Assembly (NCBI GenBank): GCA_963815095.1
Contig: CAWFFH010000003.1
Span: 544,001-608,000 of the forward strand
Source: Candidatus Bathyarchaeota archaeon
Lineage (GTDB): Archaea > Thermoproteota > Bathyarchaeia > Bathyarchaeales > Bathycorpusculaceae
Direction of reading: 5' to 3'
DNA length: 64,000 bases
Shown: positions 38,410-48,049 of the stretch, in pieces
Position numbering within the stretch: position 1 is the first letter of the stretch
How the letters are laid out: every line of letters starts with the position of its first letter
Translations under genes and position numbers: made by a program
Notes under the pieces: model-generated
Databases searched by the model: none
What the model saw: the letters and a program-made list of their open reading frames with translations, nothing else
Told to the model about the DNA's origin: nothing

Positions 38410-38918
38410 GATTTTTTTTCTGCCTCAGGTTTTAGCCTCTTAGAGAGCGTCTTTGCTAGTTCTTCTTCCTCTAATGCCTGTTTTTCTTCAAATGTATGTT
38501 CTTTTGGTAACCAGCTTGGAGCCTCAACATTTCTTTGTGTGAAATACTGTCGTATTGCTCGTTTCAGTGCGCCGACAGCTAGAACTCCGCAGTGGAATTT
38601 GACGTCGGGTAAGCCACCGATTTCTTCCACTACACGCTTCCAAGTTATATCTTTCCAAGCAGTTTCCAAACTTAGGCACTTTATCATTTCTGTGACTATA
38701 CTGGATGTTGCGATGTTGGCGGCGCAGCCGTAACTTTCGAATTGTGCTTTCTCAATTATGTCTTTGTCGCTGATTTTTAGGTAGAAAGTTATCATGTCCC
38801 CGCAAGCTGGGTTCCCAGCTACGGCTACGACTGTGGCATCTTCCATTTTGCCAAGGTTTTTTGGGTTACGGAATAAATCCATTATTTTTGCGTTATATGG
38901 TAAGGGCATTCTTGACAT
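38406..38918 (-). CDS. iscU: Fe-S cluster scaffold IscU/NifU-N
   Basis: NPACGD, GCAANIA, KFHC; C-terminal extension. Confidence 0.92.
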   Translation of the reverse strand: MSRMPLPYNAKIMDLFRNPKNLGKMEDATVVAVAGNPACGDMITFYLKISDKDIIEKAQFESYGCAANIATSSIVTEMIKCLSLETAWKDITWKRVVEEIGGLPDVKFHCGVLAVGALKRAIRQYFTQRNVEAPSWLPKEHTFEEKQALEEEELAKTLSKRLKPEAEKKS

Positions 38919-38920
38919 TT

Positions 38921-40159
38921 TTAATCTACTCCTGTTGAGCCAACTATCCCTCTTATACGGTTGACGGCTGTTGGTAGAACTTTCAGAACGTAGGCTATAT
39001 CCTCTTCTGTTTGGTTGCGAGTTGTTTTCATGAGAATGCTGCCGTGTGCTTCACTATAGTGGCGTCCAATGGCAACTAATACGTGGCTGGGCTGGAGGAG
39101 TCTTCTGCTGCATGCACTTCCGCTTGAAACGTAGACGCCGTTGAGGCTCAATTCGATGGTTAATGCTTCGCCTTCTGCTCGAAGTATGCTTACGTTTGCG
39201 TTGTCTGGAGAGCGTTTGTCGCCTTTTGGACCATTAAAGCGTAGATCATCAAGTTCAGCAAATATACCGTCGACAAGCTTATCGCGTAGTGTTCGCATTT
39301 TTGTGGTGTTTGCTTCAAAGTTTTGGAATGCGAGCTCTGAGGCTTTGGTGAAACCTACGATTAATGGGGTGTTTTCAACGCCTGGCCAAAGTTTCTGTGT
39401 TCCAATTTGGCCTTCAAGAATGCGCTCCATGTTTATACCTTCTTTTAGGTACATTGCGCCCATTCCTCTTGGACCCTGAATCTTGTAGCTGCTTAATGTG
39501 GCTAAGTCAACGTTTAGGTTTTGCACGTTTAGGGGTATTCTGCCGTATGCGTCTGAGGCATCGGTGTGGAAGAGGGTTTTGGGGTTTTTTGCTTTTACAA
39601 TGTCTACTGCTTCTTTGATGGGCTGGATTGTTCCAACCTCGTTGTTTACAGATGAGATACTGACTAGTATAGTTTCGCTGTCGACTGCTTCTTTGAGTTT
39701 TTCTAGGTTGATGAAGCCTTCGTTGTTGACTGGGATTTTCTGGGTTGTGAAACCGTATTTCGTCATCATTTCGGCAACTTGTAGCACGTTGATGGGTTCG
39801 ATTTCGGAGATTACGATTTTTTTGCCTCTGTTTTTTTGGCTAAACGCTGCGCCCATGATGGCTAGGTTGTTGGCTTCAGTTTCGCTTGGGGTAAAGGTTA
39901 TTTCTTCGAGGTTTTTTGCGCCTATGTAAGTGCTGATTTTTTTGAAGCTGTTCATTATGACTTCGAACGCTTCCCACCCGGGTTTGTGGGTGAGTGTGGG
40001 GTTGCCGTAGGCTGTTTTATTAAAATAAGGCAACATAGCGTCAACTACTTCTTTGGGAACGATGCAGGAGTTTTCGTTGTCTAAATAAACCTCATGTTTA
40101 ATGCCTTCATGCAGTTTGAGAAGCTCTTTTACGTTTTCAACCATACAGTATCCTACCAT
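38921..40159 (-). CDS. iscS: IscS/NifS-like (group I) cysteine desulfurase with degenerate PLP site
   Basis: YGNP, ETEANN, NNEVGTIQP, SSYK, SSGSACS, PSHVL. Confidence 0.8.
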   Translation of the reverse strand: MVGYCMVENVKELLKLHEGIKHEVYLDNENSCIVPKEVVDAMLPYFNKTAYGNPTLTHKPGWEAFEVIMNSFKKISTYIGAKNLEEITFTPSETEANNLAIMGAAFSQKNRGKKIVISEIEPINVLQVAEMMTKYGFTTQKIPVNNEGFINLEKLKEAVDSETILVSISSVNNEVGTIQPIKEAVDIVKAKNPKTLFHTDASDAYGRIPLNVQNLNVDLATLSSYKIQGPRGMGAMYLKEGINMERILEGQIGTQKLWPGVENTPLIVGFTKASELAFQNFEANTTKMRTLRDKLVDGIFAELDDLRFNGPKGDKRSPDNANVSILRAEGEALTIELSLNGVYVSSGSACSRRLLQPSHVLVAIGRHYSEAHGSILMKTTRNQTEEDIAYVLKVLPTAVNRIRGIVGSTGVD

Positions 40160-40421
40160 AAATTTTGGGACAGATAACTCGTCTCCCTTGCTAGTATCTA
40201 GTTCGACTAAAAAAACCTAACCACAAAGAAGTCTCCGCAGCAACAGTTATGACGTTTAATGCCGCTAACAAGAGCCTAAACAAAAATACTGAATAATACA
40301 ATTTCAATTTAAAGATTTATGTTTTAACCATTATCAATGACAAAACAATGTACCCTGAATTAAATTAAATATAAATAGCACTTCAGAAAATAAAGCGCTA
40401 AGGTGACATTATATAGCTGCA

Positions 40422-40595
40422 ATGTTTGAAATAAGAAACACAGTGAATGGTAAATTCTACTGGAGATTCAAAGCCATCAACGGCGAAATTGTTGCAGTAA
40501 GCGAAGTATACGAAACAAAACAGGGTTGTAAGAATGGCATAGATTGTATTATGAGCAACGCAGTTTTTGCCGAAATCAAAGATCAAACCATCTAA
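40422..40595 (+). CDS. YegP/DUF1508 family small protein (absent from the ORF track)
   Basis: MFEIRNTVNGKFYWRFKAINGEIVAVSEVYETKQGCKNGIDCI. Confidence 0.85.
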   Translation: MFEIRNTVNGKFYWRFKAINGEIVAVSEVYETKQGCKNGIDCIMSNAVFAEIKDQTI

Positions 40596-40749
40596 AATAA
40601 CCACTTCTTTTTTTAAAAACAAAATTTTTGGATATAACTAATTTTTACAATTTGCCAATAATAAATAGGCGAAAAAACTTTAGAGTTATAAAAAAACTCT
40701 AATAACCCACCCAAACCCATACTATCCAACAGCAGGTTTATGGCGATTC

Positions 40750-43038
40750 ATGTTAAAGATTACAGAGTTACCTATTCCAGAATCCGTGAAGGAAGTATTG
40801 CTTGACTTGGGGATTGCAGAGTTGTTTCCACCTCAAGAAGATACCATACGGGCAGGAGTGCTAGAAGGCCAAAACATCGTTTTAGCCAGCCCAACGGCTT
40901 CGGGCAAAACGTTAATAGCAGAACTCTGCGGTCTCAAGCACGTGCTTGAGAGGGGCGGAAAAGTCATTTATCTTTCGCCGCTCCGCGCTCTGGCAAGCGA
41001 GAAATTTGAGGAATTCAAAAAGTACATATCCATCAAGAAGGTGGATGGTAGAAAAGTCTCCGTGGGTATCAGCACAGGGGATTTTGACAGCGCTGACAAT
41101 TGGCTTGAACGCTACGACGTAATCATTACTACCAACGAGAAAGCTGACTCACTTTTGCGTCACCGCGCCAAATGGATGGATAACATCTCGCTGGTGATTG
41201 CTGATGAAATCCATCTGTTAAACGATGCGGGACGTGGACCAACTTTAGAAATCGTGCTTGCAAGACTTTTGCAGGTTAACCCAAACATTCAAATTTTAGC
41301 GTTAAGCGCAACCATCAACAACGTGGACGAAATCGCAGGTTGGCTAAACGCCAAGTACATCGTTACGGAATGGCGCCCCATCAACCTCAAAGAAGGCATA
41401 ATGTTAAAAGATGAAATCCAATACAAAGATGGCGAATCAAGAAAAATTGAGCAAGAAACCCATTTTCCACACATAAACTTGGTTTTGAACACTCTTAGGA
41501 ATGGTGGGCAAGCGTTGATTTTTGCTTCCACAAGAAAGAATGCTGTTTCGGCTGCTAAGACCGTTGCCAGCCACATGGACAAAGTGCTTGTACCTAAAAG
41601 CGGTTCGAAACTGGTTAAGCGTTCCGTAGAGGAACAAACACGAGGGGTTCTTGATAAAGAGGCAAAGAAAATCTTGGATGCGGGCGAAAGAACTGGCCTC
41701 AGTGAGGAGCTTGCCGATTTGGTTCGCTGCGCTGTAGCCTATCACCATGCTGGACTATCGGGGGCTCACCGCAAAGTTATCGAGGACGCGTTTAAGGAAA
41801 GAAAAATTAAAGTCTTAACCGCCACTCCCACGTTAGCTTGGGGCGTTAATTTGCCCGCTCGAACAGTCATCATTCAAGATTACAGACGTTTTGAGGCTGG
41901 ACTTGGCAACTATCCCATAAGCGTGTTGGATTATAAGCAAATGGCAGGCAGAGCTGGAAGACCAAAATACGACAAGTTCGGTGAATCAGTCCTTATCGCC
42001 AAAACCGCTGACGAAGCCGACTATTTGATGGAAAGCTACGTTTTGGCTAAACCCGAACGCATCTGGTCACGGTTAGCAGTCGAGAAAATCATCCGGGGAC
42101 ATGTGTTGTCAACGATTGCCTCAGATTTTGCTCACACCGAAAATGGGATTTACGAGTTTTTCGGCAAAACCTTCTATGCCTATCAATATGACGTGAAAGC
42201 TATCAAAAGCGTCATAAACAAAATTCTCCGTTTTCTCCATGACGAGGAGATGATTGTAGTTGCAGGGGACAACATTTTAGCCACCAAATTCGGCAAACGC
42301 ATAAGCGAACTCTACATCGACCCCTTATCAGGTGTAATCATTAGGGATGCACTGCAAAGCAAACCCCCACTTTTAACCGAATTCAGTTTACTTCACTTAG
42401 TCTCCCACACGCCCGACATGGGTCCAATAATGAGACCCTACCAGAGGGAAATGGACCAATTAGCCGTTCAAACTGAAGACCACAAACAAGAATTATTCAT
42501 AGAGCCACCTGACCAATGGAGCGACCACATTGGATTCGCAGAATTTTTAGGCGAAGTCAAAACTGCAATGGTGATGAATAATTGGATAGAAGAGTTGCCG
42601 GAAGAAAAAATCATTGAACGCTTCAACGTCCAACCAGGAGACCTCTACAGAAGCATTGAAACTGCAAAGTGGCTTTTACACGCCACAGACGAGCTATCAC
42701 CCATAGTATCCAAAAACAAAGAAGTGTCAGCCCTAAGCCACGAGCTGGTTGAGCGGGTTTCTAAAGGCATAAAAAGAGAGCTTTTACCCATCGTCCAATT
42801 GGAAGGAGTTGGCAGAGTCCGCGGACGCATAATCTTTAATGCAGGCTACCAAACAATCCCCGACCTCAAACGTGCATCTATCGAAGAACTAACCAACTTG
42901 CCCTCAGTAGGACCAAGATTAGCTAAAAAAATCAAGGAACAAGTCGGCGGTTTTGTCAAGAAAGATGAGTGGGAAAACTTGGATAAAGCAGCAACGGCAT
43001 CAGATGAAGCAACCCAAAAAGGTTTGTTTGATTTCTAA
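40750..43038 (+). CDS. hel308: Hel308/Hjm SF2 DNA helicase
   Basis: PTASGKT, DEIH, LSAT, HHAGL, QMAGRAGRP, C-terminal HhH. Confidence 0.93.
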   Translation: MLKITELPIPESVKEVLLDLGIAELFPPQEDTIRAGVLEGQNIVLASPTASGKTLIAELCGLKHVLERGGKVIYLSPLRALASEKFEEFKKYISIKKVDGRKVSVGISTGDFDSADNWLERYDVIITTNEKADSLLRHRAKWMDNISLVIADEIHLLNDAGRGPTLEIVLARLLQVNPNIQILALSATINNVDEIAGWLNAKYIVTEWRPINLKEGIMLKDEIQYKDGESRKIEQETHFPHINLVLNTLRNGGQALIFASTRKNAVSAAKTVASHMDKVLVPKSGSKLVKRSVEEQTRGVLDKEAKKILDAGERTGLSEELADLVRCAVAYHHAGLSGAHRKVIEDAFKERKIKVLTATPTLAWGVNLPARTVIIQDYRRFEAGLGNYPISVLDYKQMAGRAGRPKYDKFGESVLIAKTADEADYLMESYVLAKPERIWSRLAVEKIIRGHVLSTIASDFAHTENGIYEFFGKTFYAYQYDVKAIKSVINKILRFLHDEEMIVVAGDNILATKFGKRISELYIDPLSGVIIRDALQSKPPLLTEFSLLHLVSHTPDMGPIMRPYQREMDQLAVQTEDHKQELFIEPPDQWSDHIGFAEFLGEVKTAMVMNNWIEELPEEKIIERFNVQPGDLYRSIETAKWLLHATDELSPIVSKNKEVSALSHELVERVSKGIKRELLPIVQLEGVGRVRGRIIFNAGYQTIPDLKRASIEELTNLPSVGPRLAKKIKEQVGGFVKKDEWENLDKAATASDEATQKGLFDF

Positions 43039-44372
43039 GGGCTTTTAGCGAACCGCTCAGCCTGTTTAACGGCTGTACCCAAGTAGTTTTTTGGGTTAAG
43101 GGCTTGATCGATTTCTTTTTCGGTTAGTTTACTGCTTACAATTTTGTCCTCTTGGAGTATTTGTTTGAACGATTTCTTTTCAACGGCACTTTGGATAGTT
43201 AGTTGCCTTAGCATTTCGTGGGCTTCCTGCCTATTCACGCCCTTCTTTGCCAACGCCATCATAACTGATTCCGACATCGCACGCCCATGAGTCAACGATA
43301 AGTTCTGCAGCATCCGCTCACTGTCAACGCGTAAGTTCGCTACAATATTGCAGGTTAGGTTAAGGATGTAATCGAGCAGTATGTTTGATTCTGGGAGAAT
43401 AAACCGCTCAGCTGAAGACTGCGTTAAGTCTCGCTCGTGCCATGTGACCATGTCCTCTAACGTTGGTGTCGATAGGCTTCGAACAATTCGAGCCAAACCG
43501 CAAACGCGCTCGCATGTCTCGGGATTCTGTTTGTGAGGCATAGTAGAACTACCAACTTGTTTTTTAGCTTCAAACGACTCGAAAAGCTCACCAATTTCTG
43601 GTCGTTGAAGCTCGCGAATTTCGGTCGCAAAATTCTCAAGTGAAGAAGCCACTGACGCGTAAATACATATGAGTTCAGCGTAACGGTCTCTTTGCACTAT
43701 TTGTGTGGAAATCTCAGCAGCATGCAATCCAAGTCGTTTCATTACAAGTTCCTGAATCTGCTCAGCATGCTCGCCTAAACCCGCTTGCGTCCCAACGGCG
43801 CCGCTTACTTTTCCAACTAAAACGCGTTTCTTGCACTCATCTAACCGTTCAAGATGCCGATTTATTTCGTATCCCCAAACGGCAAACTTGAAACCCAAAG
43901 TTATAGGCAATGCGTGTTGACCGTGAGTTCTGCCAATCATGACTGTATCTTTATGCAGAAGCGCTTGTTTTTGCAGGATAACTTTGAAGTCGACTATCCT
44001 TTTCTCAATTACACCTAAAGCATCCTTCAGCTGTAATGCATTGGCAGTGTCTACGATGTCGTAGCTTGTTGCCCCTAAATGTACATAAGCGCCACTTGGA
44101 CCACAAACTTCCGAGAGTGCACGTACCAGGGAGGCAATGTCATGCTTAATCTCCTTCTCGATAGCTTTGACTCGCTCAACCTTAACGTATTTTGTGGATG
44201 CCATAGCATCGATTTTTTCCGCATCCTTCTTTTGGATATTGCCTACTTCGGCATGAGCCCAAGCTAAAGCTGCCTCAACATCAAGTAACTTCTGAACCCT
44301 GGTTTCTTCTTCGAAGATTTTGAGCATTTCTGGTGTCCCATAACGACCAGTTTCGATTGGCAAGATTGGCAA
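43035..44372 (-). CDS. purB: Adenylosuccinate lyase
   Basis: HLGATS.D, GRTHGQHA, GSSTMPHKQNP, HERDL. Confidence 0.95.
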   Translation of the reverse strand: MPILPIETGRYGTPEMLKIFEEETRVQKLLDVEAALAWAHAEVGNIQKKDAEKIDAMASTKYVKVERVKAIEKEIKHDIASLVRALSEVCGPSGAYVHLGATSYDIVDTANALQLKDALGVIEKRIVDFKVILQKQALLHKDTVMIGRTHGQHALPITLGFKFAVWGYEINRHLERLDECKKRVLVGKVSGAVGTQAGLGEHAEQIQELVMKRLGLHAAEISTQIVQRDRYAELICIYASVASSLENFATEIRELQRPEIGELFESFEAKKQVGSSTMPHKQNPETCERVCGLARIVRSLSTPTLEDMVTWHERDLTQSSAERFILPESNILLDYILNLTCNIVANLRVDSERMLQNLSLTHGRAMSESVMMALAKKGVNRQEAHEMLRQLTIQSAVEKKSFKQILQEDKIVSSKLTEKEIDQALNPKNYLGTAVKQAERFAKSP

Positions 44373-44466
44373 GTTAGTGTTACCTCAAAGCTATGAATAT
44401 GCAGATTAAAGATTAATGTTTTACCAATGCACTAACACAATACAAGTAGATTGGGTGCATGAGGAC

Positions 44467-45918
44467 ATGAAAGTAACGATTGCAGTTTTAGATAAAAACG
44501 GCGATAATGCTGTTACGAGGGTTCTTGACGTTTTGAATTCGTTTGATTCTGGTAAACCTTCGCGTTTTGGTTTTATCTCTTCACAGAAAAGCCTTTTTGA
44601 AAAAAATGTTGAAATAATAAAAAAACAGGGCTTAAAATCATCAACGGTAGCAGGCTTTGTTACCTCAAAACCCAAGTCAAACAATGATTATGAGCATTTA
44701 CAATTGGATGATTCCGTGTTGTTCTTTGAAGGCAGAGTATATTCAACTATACCGAAAACCGCTGTTGCTGAACAGGTGGCAAAAGATCCGCTACACTGTG
44801 AAGCCACTTTGCAAACGTTAATGGAGCAAGCAGATGGAGACTACTTGTTCCTTATGCTTAAGGAAGGCTGGATAGCAGCTGGAAGAGACCCGATAGGTGT
44901 TCAACCACTCTATTTTGGCGAAAACAAAAACATCGCTGCTTTCGCCACAAACCGAACAGCTCTCTGGAAACTCGGAGTAGAAAACCCTGTGTCTTTTCCG
45001 CCTGGAAACTTAGTCTTTGTCAATAAGGAAGGCTTCAAATTCAAACCCGTCAAAACTCTAACTTGTACAGAACCCAAGCCCATAACAATGGATGATGCAA
45101 CCAAAACCGTTCAGGTTCTTCTTGAACAATCCATTCAGAGACGAGTGCATGGATTAAAGGAAGTTGCTGTTGCGTTTTCTGGAGGTTTAGACAGTAGTTT
45201 GGTGGCTTTTTTGGCAAGTAAAAGTGGTGTAAAAGTTAACCTGTTTCATGTAAGCTTGGAGAATCAACCGGAAACGGAAGAAGCCATGAAAGCTGCTGAC
45301 GAGTTGAATTTACCCTTGCAGGTGGATTTGTTTAAGGATTCTGATGTGGAAACGATTTTGCCAAAAGTGGTTGAGCTAATTGAGGAGCCTGACCCAATTA
45401 AGGCCAGTATTGGCGTGCCGTTTTATTGGACTGCGGAGAAGGCGGCTGAGGCAGGTTTTAAGGTGATGTTGGCTGGGCAAGGCGCGGATGAGTTATTCGG
45501 CGGCTATCAACGCTATGTAACTGAGTGCTGTAATGAAGGAAACGAAAAAGTAAGGAAAACTATGTTTAACGATGTGACCAGAATTCACGAAAGCAACCTT
45601 GAGCGAGACCTGAAAATCACCAGTTTTCATGATGTGGAGTTACGTGTGCCTTTCGGTTCATTTGACTTGGTAGAGTTTGCCCTTGGTTTACCCGTTGAAT
45701 TAAAAATTGAGAATAAACCAGAAACTCAACGAAAGCTTGTCCTTAGAAAAATGGCTTTGAATGTTGGTCTGCCAAGCTTGATGACAGAGAAACCAAAGAA
45801 AGCCGTTCAGTACTCCACAGGAATAAATGACGCTGTGAAAAGAATAGCGAAAACCCACGAGAAAACCGTCAATGAATACATTAATGAACTTTTCTTGCAA
45901 TCCAAAAACAATATCTAA
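44467..45918 (+). CDS. Asparagine synthetase B-like protein lacking the N-terminal Cys
   Basis: RDPIGVQPLY, FSGGLDSS, GQGADELFGGY, KKAVQY. Confidence 0.85.
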   Translation: MKVTIAVLDKNGDNAVTRVLDVLNSFDSGKPSRFGFISSQKSLFEKNVEIIKKQGLKSSTVAGFVTSKPKSNNDYEHLQLDDSVLFFEGRVYSTIPKTAVAEQVAKDPLHCEATLQTLMEQADGDYLFLMLKEGWIAAGRDPIGVQPLYFGENKNIAAFATNRTALWKLGVENPVSFPPGNLVFVNKEGFKFKPVKTLTCTEPKPITMDDATKTVQVLLEQSIQRRVHGLKEVAVAFSGGLDSSLVAFLASKSGVKVNLFHVSLENQPETEEAMKAADELNLPLQVDLFKDSDVETILPKVVELIEEPDPIKASIGVPFYWTAEKAAEAGFKVMLAGQGADELFGGYQRYVTECCNEGNEKVRKTMFNDVTRIHESNLERDLKITSFHDVELRVPFGSFDLVEFALGLPVELKIENKPETQRKLVLRKMALNVGLPSLMTEKPKKAVQYSTGINDAVKRIAKTHEKTVNEYINELFLQSKNNI

Positions 45919-46053
45919 AAATCAAACTTTTTTTTATACTAAACATATCTTTTTTCAAAAACCCCGCCAACTGTTTATTGGAAGAATTACAACCTCACAA
46001 ACGTTTTATACACCCTGCATACAAACAATGATTAAATTTACGGGAGAAAAAAA

Positions 46054-46560
46054 ATGTATCCAAATCAAGTTCAAAATCAACCAACAGCAGCATACTGGCT
46101 ATCAATAATTGGCGGAATACTGGGGCTACTCGGCGGCTTACTACTGATTGTTGCCGGGTCAGTTGTCGGAGCAGTCACTTTCGGTTTCGGTTTTGCAGTC
46201 ATTGGCGGTCTTGGAATATGGATTACCCTATGCTCTGCAATTGTCATTTATGCAGCTTCAAAACTAAAGTCAGAACCACTGGAACATTCCAAATGGGGTG
46301 CAATTATTCTGGTGCTCTCACTTATTGGCAGTTGGTCAATTCTGAATTTCATCGGTGGCATACTGGCTTTAGTCTACAAACCCATCCTTGTGGGCGCACA
46401 ACCACAGTACGGCGCACCTCAACAACAATATGGACCACCACCACAAGCAGCATACACACAGCCTCCACCACAACAAATGACACGAGTCTGCCCACAATGT
46501 GGACGAATAGTGCCAAACAACGTGAGTTTCTGCCCCAACTGCGGCAAACAACTAAACTAA
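46054..46560 (+). CDS. Membrane protein with Pro/Gln linker and C-terminal zinc ribbon
   Basis: Hydrophobic helices; CPQCG...FCPNCG. Confidence 0.8.
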   Translation: MYPNQVQNQPTAAYWLSIIGGILGLLGGLLLIVAGSVVGAVTFGFGFAVIGGLGIWITLCSAIVIYAASKLKSEPLEHSKWGAIILVLSLIGSWSILNFIGGILALVYKPILVGAQPQYGAPQQQYGPPPQAAYTQPPPQQMTRVCPQCGRIVPNNVSFCPNCGKQLN

Positions 46561-46754
46561 ACAAAATAGGATAAACCAAGAAGTATCAAAGACTTTTTGG
46601 CAACTCAATTTTTTCTTTTTGTAAAAAAAAATTATGCTTATAATGGTATCTTAGTTGAGAGAGGAGAGTTTCTGAGAGCAGATTTAATTCATAAGACTAA
46701 AAAAACAAGAAAAAAACCTATAATCCACTTCCAATGAAAAACAAAAGAAAGAAA

Positions 46755-47987
46755 TTAGATTTTTTTTGTTTGAACCGCATTCTCCAGCGCTACAACGCCC
46801 GGCAGTTTTTTGCCCATCAAAAATTCGATGAGTGCTCCACCTGCCGTGCTTATGTACCCAATTTTTTTGCTCAAACCATACTCGTTGATGGCTGCGATAG
46901 TGTTTCCGCCGCCTGCGAGACTGAATGCTTTGCTGTTAGCGATGGCTTCGAAGACTTTTTTGGTGCCATAGTTGAATTCTTTGTTTTCGTAGACACCCAT
47001 GGGACCACTAACTACGATGGATTTGGCGTTCACGATGATTTTTGAGTACGCTTCAACTGTTTTTGCGCCGATGTCCATTACTGAATTTTCGGTTGGAAGT
47101 TTGCTGACTAGAATTTCTTTGCGTTTCCCACTTACATCCAATGCGACATCGACTGGAACCATCACTTTATCGCCAAACTGCTCTTCCAACGCTTTAATGC
47201 CCGGAATCAAACCCGTCAATTCCTTCTTTGCCAGATATCCCATGTTTCCCTTACCTAAATCAACCCCTTTCGCCGCCAAGAACAATTGCCCAGTTACGCC
47301 GCCCGTGAGTACATAGTCTGCTATGCCTTTGCCTAAAACGTACTTGCTGATTTCAAGGCTGTCGTCGGCTTTTGCCCCACCCATAACATAGACGGATGGT
47401 TTCTCAGGTTTCTCCAAAGCTTTGCTGAGGGATTTGAGTTCCCGTTCCATTATGCGTCCAGCTGCAGATGGCAACACAGCTGTGAAGCCAACCATGGATA
47501 CGTGTCCGCGGTGTGCTGCGGCAAAAGCGTCGTTAACGAAGAGGTCTGCGAGGGGTGCAAGGTTCTGTACAAGCTCGGTTTTGCTAGCGTCTTCAGGTGT
47601 GGTGCTCTTGGTTTCTTTATCCCAACTGCGCACGTTCTCCAAAACCAGAATTTCTCCGCCTTTGAGATTTTTGATCGCGGTTTTGGCTTTGTCGCCAAAG
47701 AGGTCGTCAACGTATTTTACTGGGCATTTGAGGATTTTTCCTAGGATTTCAGCGTGTTCTTTTAGAGATGCGTAGTCTGGGTCTCCTTTTCTGCCCTGAT
47801 GCGCAAGAACAACAGTTTTAGCGCCTTTCTCTGCGAGTTCTTTGAGGGTCGATTCAGCATGGGCTCGAATTCGCACATCGCTTGTAACTTTCTTGGTGGC
47901 TGGGTCGATTTCTGAGTTAAAGTCAACTCTGACAAGGACAACTTTATTTTTTACTTGAAAATCGTCTAATGTTTTGTATTTTGCCAT
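46755..47987 (-). CDS. pgk: Phosphoglycerate kinase
   Basis: RVDFN, AHQGR, LENVR, NDAFAAAHR, GGAK, STAGGA. Confidence 0.96.
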   Translation of the reverse strand: MAKYKTLDDFQVKNKVVLVRVDFNSEIDPATKKVTSDVRIRAHAESTLKELAEKGAKTVVLAHQGRKGDPDYASLKEHAEILGKILKCPVKYVDDLFGDKAKTAIKNLKGGEILVLENVRSWDKETKSTTPEDASKTELVQNLAPLADLFVNDAFAAAHRGHVSMVGFTAVLPSAAGRIMERELKSLSKALEKPEKPSVYVMGGAKADDSLEISKYVLGKGIADYVLTGGVTGQLFLAAKGVDLGKGNMGYLAKKELTGLIPGIKALEEQFGDKVMVPVDVALDVSGKRKEILVSKLPTENSVMDIGAKTVEAYSKIIVNAKSIVVSGPMGVYENKEFNYGTKKVFEAIANSKAFSLAGGGNTIAAINEYGLSKKIGYISTAGGALIEFLMGKKLPGVVALENAVQTKKI

Positions 47988-48049
47988 GTTGTTCACTTCT
48001 TATAGTTTTAAAAAGGAAAAGAAGGAGGGATTTGGGTTTGTGTGTTATT

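Noticed and set aside
40160-40280. Riboswitch in the iscS leader
   Set aside because: Only a weak GGGA/TCCC hairpin is present; no recognisable aptamer consensus.
40398-40622. Minus-strand 74-aa track ORF
   Set aside because: It is the antisense shadow of the plus-strand DUF1508 gene.
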